A DNA stretch of 64,000 bases, from contig CAVRAO010000012.1 of assembly GCA_963719035.1 (NCBI GenBank), positions 64,001 through 128,000 of the forward strand. Reading direction: 5' to 3'. Made by a program: the position numbers and the translations under genes. Positions 63,675 through 64,000 of this stretch are shown piece by piece. The stretch's first letter is position 1. Each line of letters begins with the position of its first letter. Origin of the DNA: Methanobacteriota archaeon (GTDB lineage: Archaea; Halobacteriota; Bog-38; Methanoflorentales; Methanoflorentaceae). The notes beneath the pieces are model-generated. The model was not told where the DNA came from. It ran no database searches and saw only the letters and a program-made list of their open reading frames with translations.

Positions 63675-64000
63675 TCAACGCTGCCACGCACGAAGTGATT
63701 TGGACAGTGCTGTGGTCTCAGCGACGCTAGCTCCTAGCAGTATTGCAAGAAAGATCTGATCTTCGAGGGCACCGAGACGCTTTGCCCCCTCAACGTGTGT
63801 ATCCAGACAATATTCAGATCCGAGTGCAGCCGCCGCTCCGATCGCGATGAGCTCTTTAGTTAGTCCAGGCAGTGCCTTGTCAGTCGCCAACTGCTCATTT
63901 TTGTAAAAAAAGGCTTTGAATGCCTCTGGGTTTCGCTGGAGTTCTTGATAGATTCGGGGAACAAAGCCATAGTAATTCGTTATTCTTTCCAATATCGTGC
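63675..64000 (-). CDS. CMD/AhpD-like protein, 5' end at or beyond the window edge
   Basis: YGFVP...TKELIAIGAAAALGSEYCLDTH. Confidence 0.85.
   Translation of the reverse strand, partial: TILERITNYYGFVPRIYQELQRNPEAFKAFFYKNEQLATDKALPGLTKELIAIGAAAALGSEYCLDTHVEGAKRLGALEDQIFLAILLGASVAETTALSKSLRAWQR

Overview
Archaeal chromosomal window, judged from GGAGGTGA ribosome-binding sites, TATA boxes, oligo-T terminators, and DUF169, JAMM, MTH895-type and AGC-lipobox proteins. A Halobacteriota/Methanomicrobia-like host is an inference. All family calls come from motif recognition by eye, not database searches. Many genes are split by 1-bp indels, often in homopolymers, so most apparent pseudogenes may be long-read consensus errors. 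(1) About 0.8-15.6 kb is an arsenic/thiol-redox island: an unannotated arsR, arsP, acr3, arsC, two MTH895-like redoxins, two CcdA systems and a duplicated AhpD/CMD gene. A 24-bp ArsR/SmtB-like box recurs seven times, plus a related palindrome at arsR. One copy lies in the promoter of a stand-alone bacterial-type acetyl-CoA synthase (acsB). (2) About 17-64 kb interleaves paired acid-resistance genes (2 glutamate decarboxylases, 2 YfeO-like CLCs, 2 HdeD-like, 2 AI-2E, plus one K+ channel) with organosulfur genes (2 FGly arylsulfatases, one fused to DUF1269; an anaerobic sulfatase maturase; an alkyl sulfatase; a DszB-like desulfinase with rhodanese; 2 SulP). This block also holds several unannotated microproteins and a TIR-NACHT-TPR NLR-like gene. 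No rRNA, tRNA, CRISPR array or transposase was recognised.
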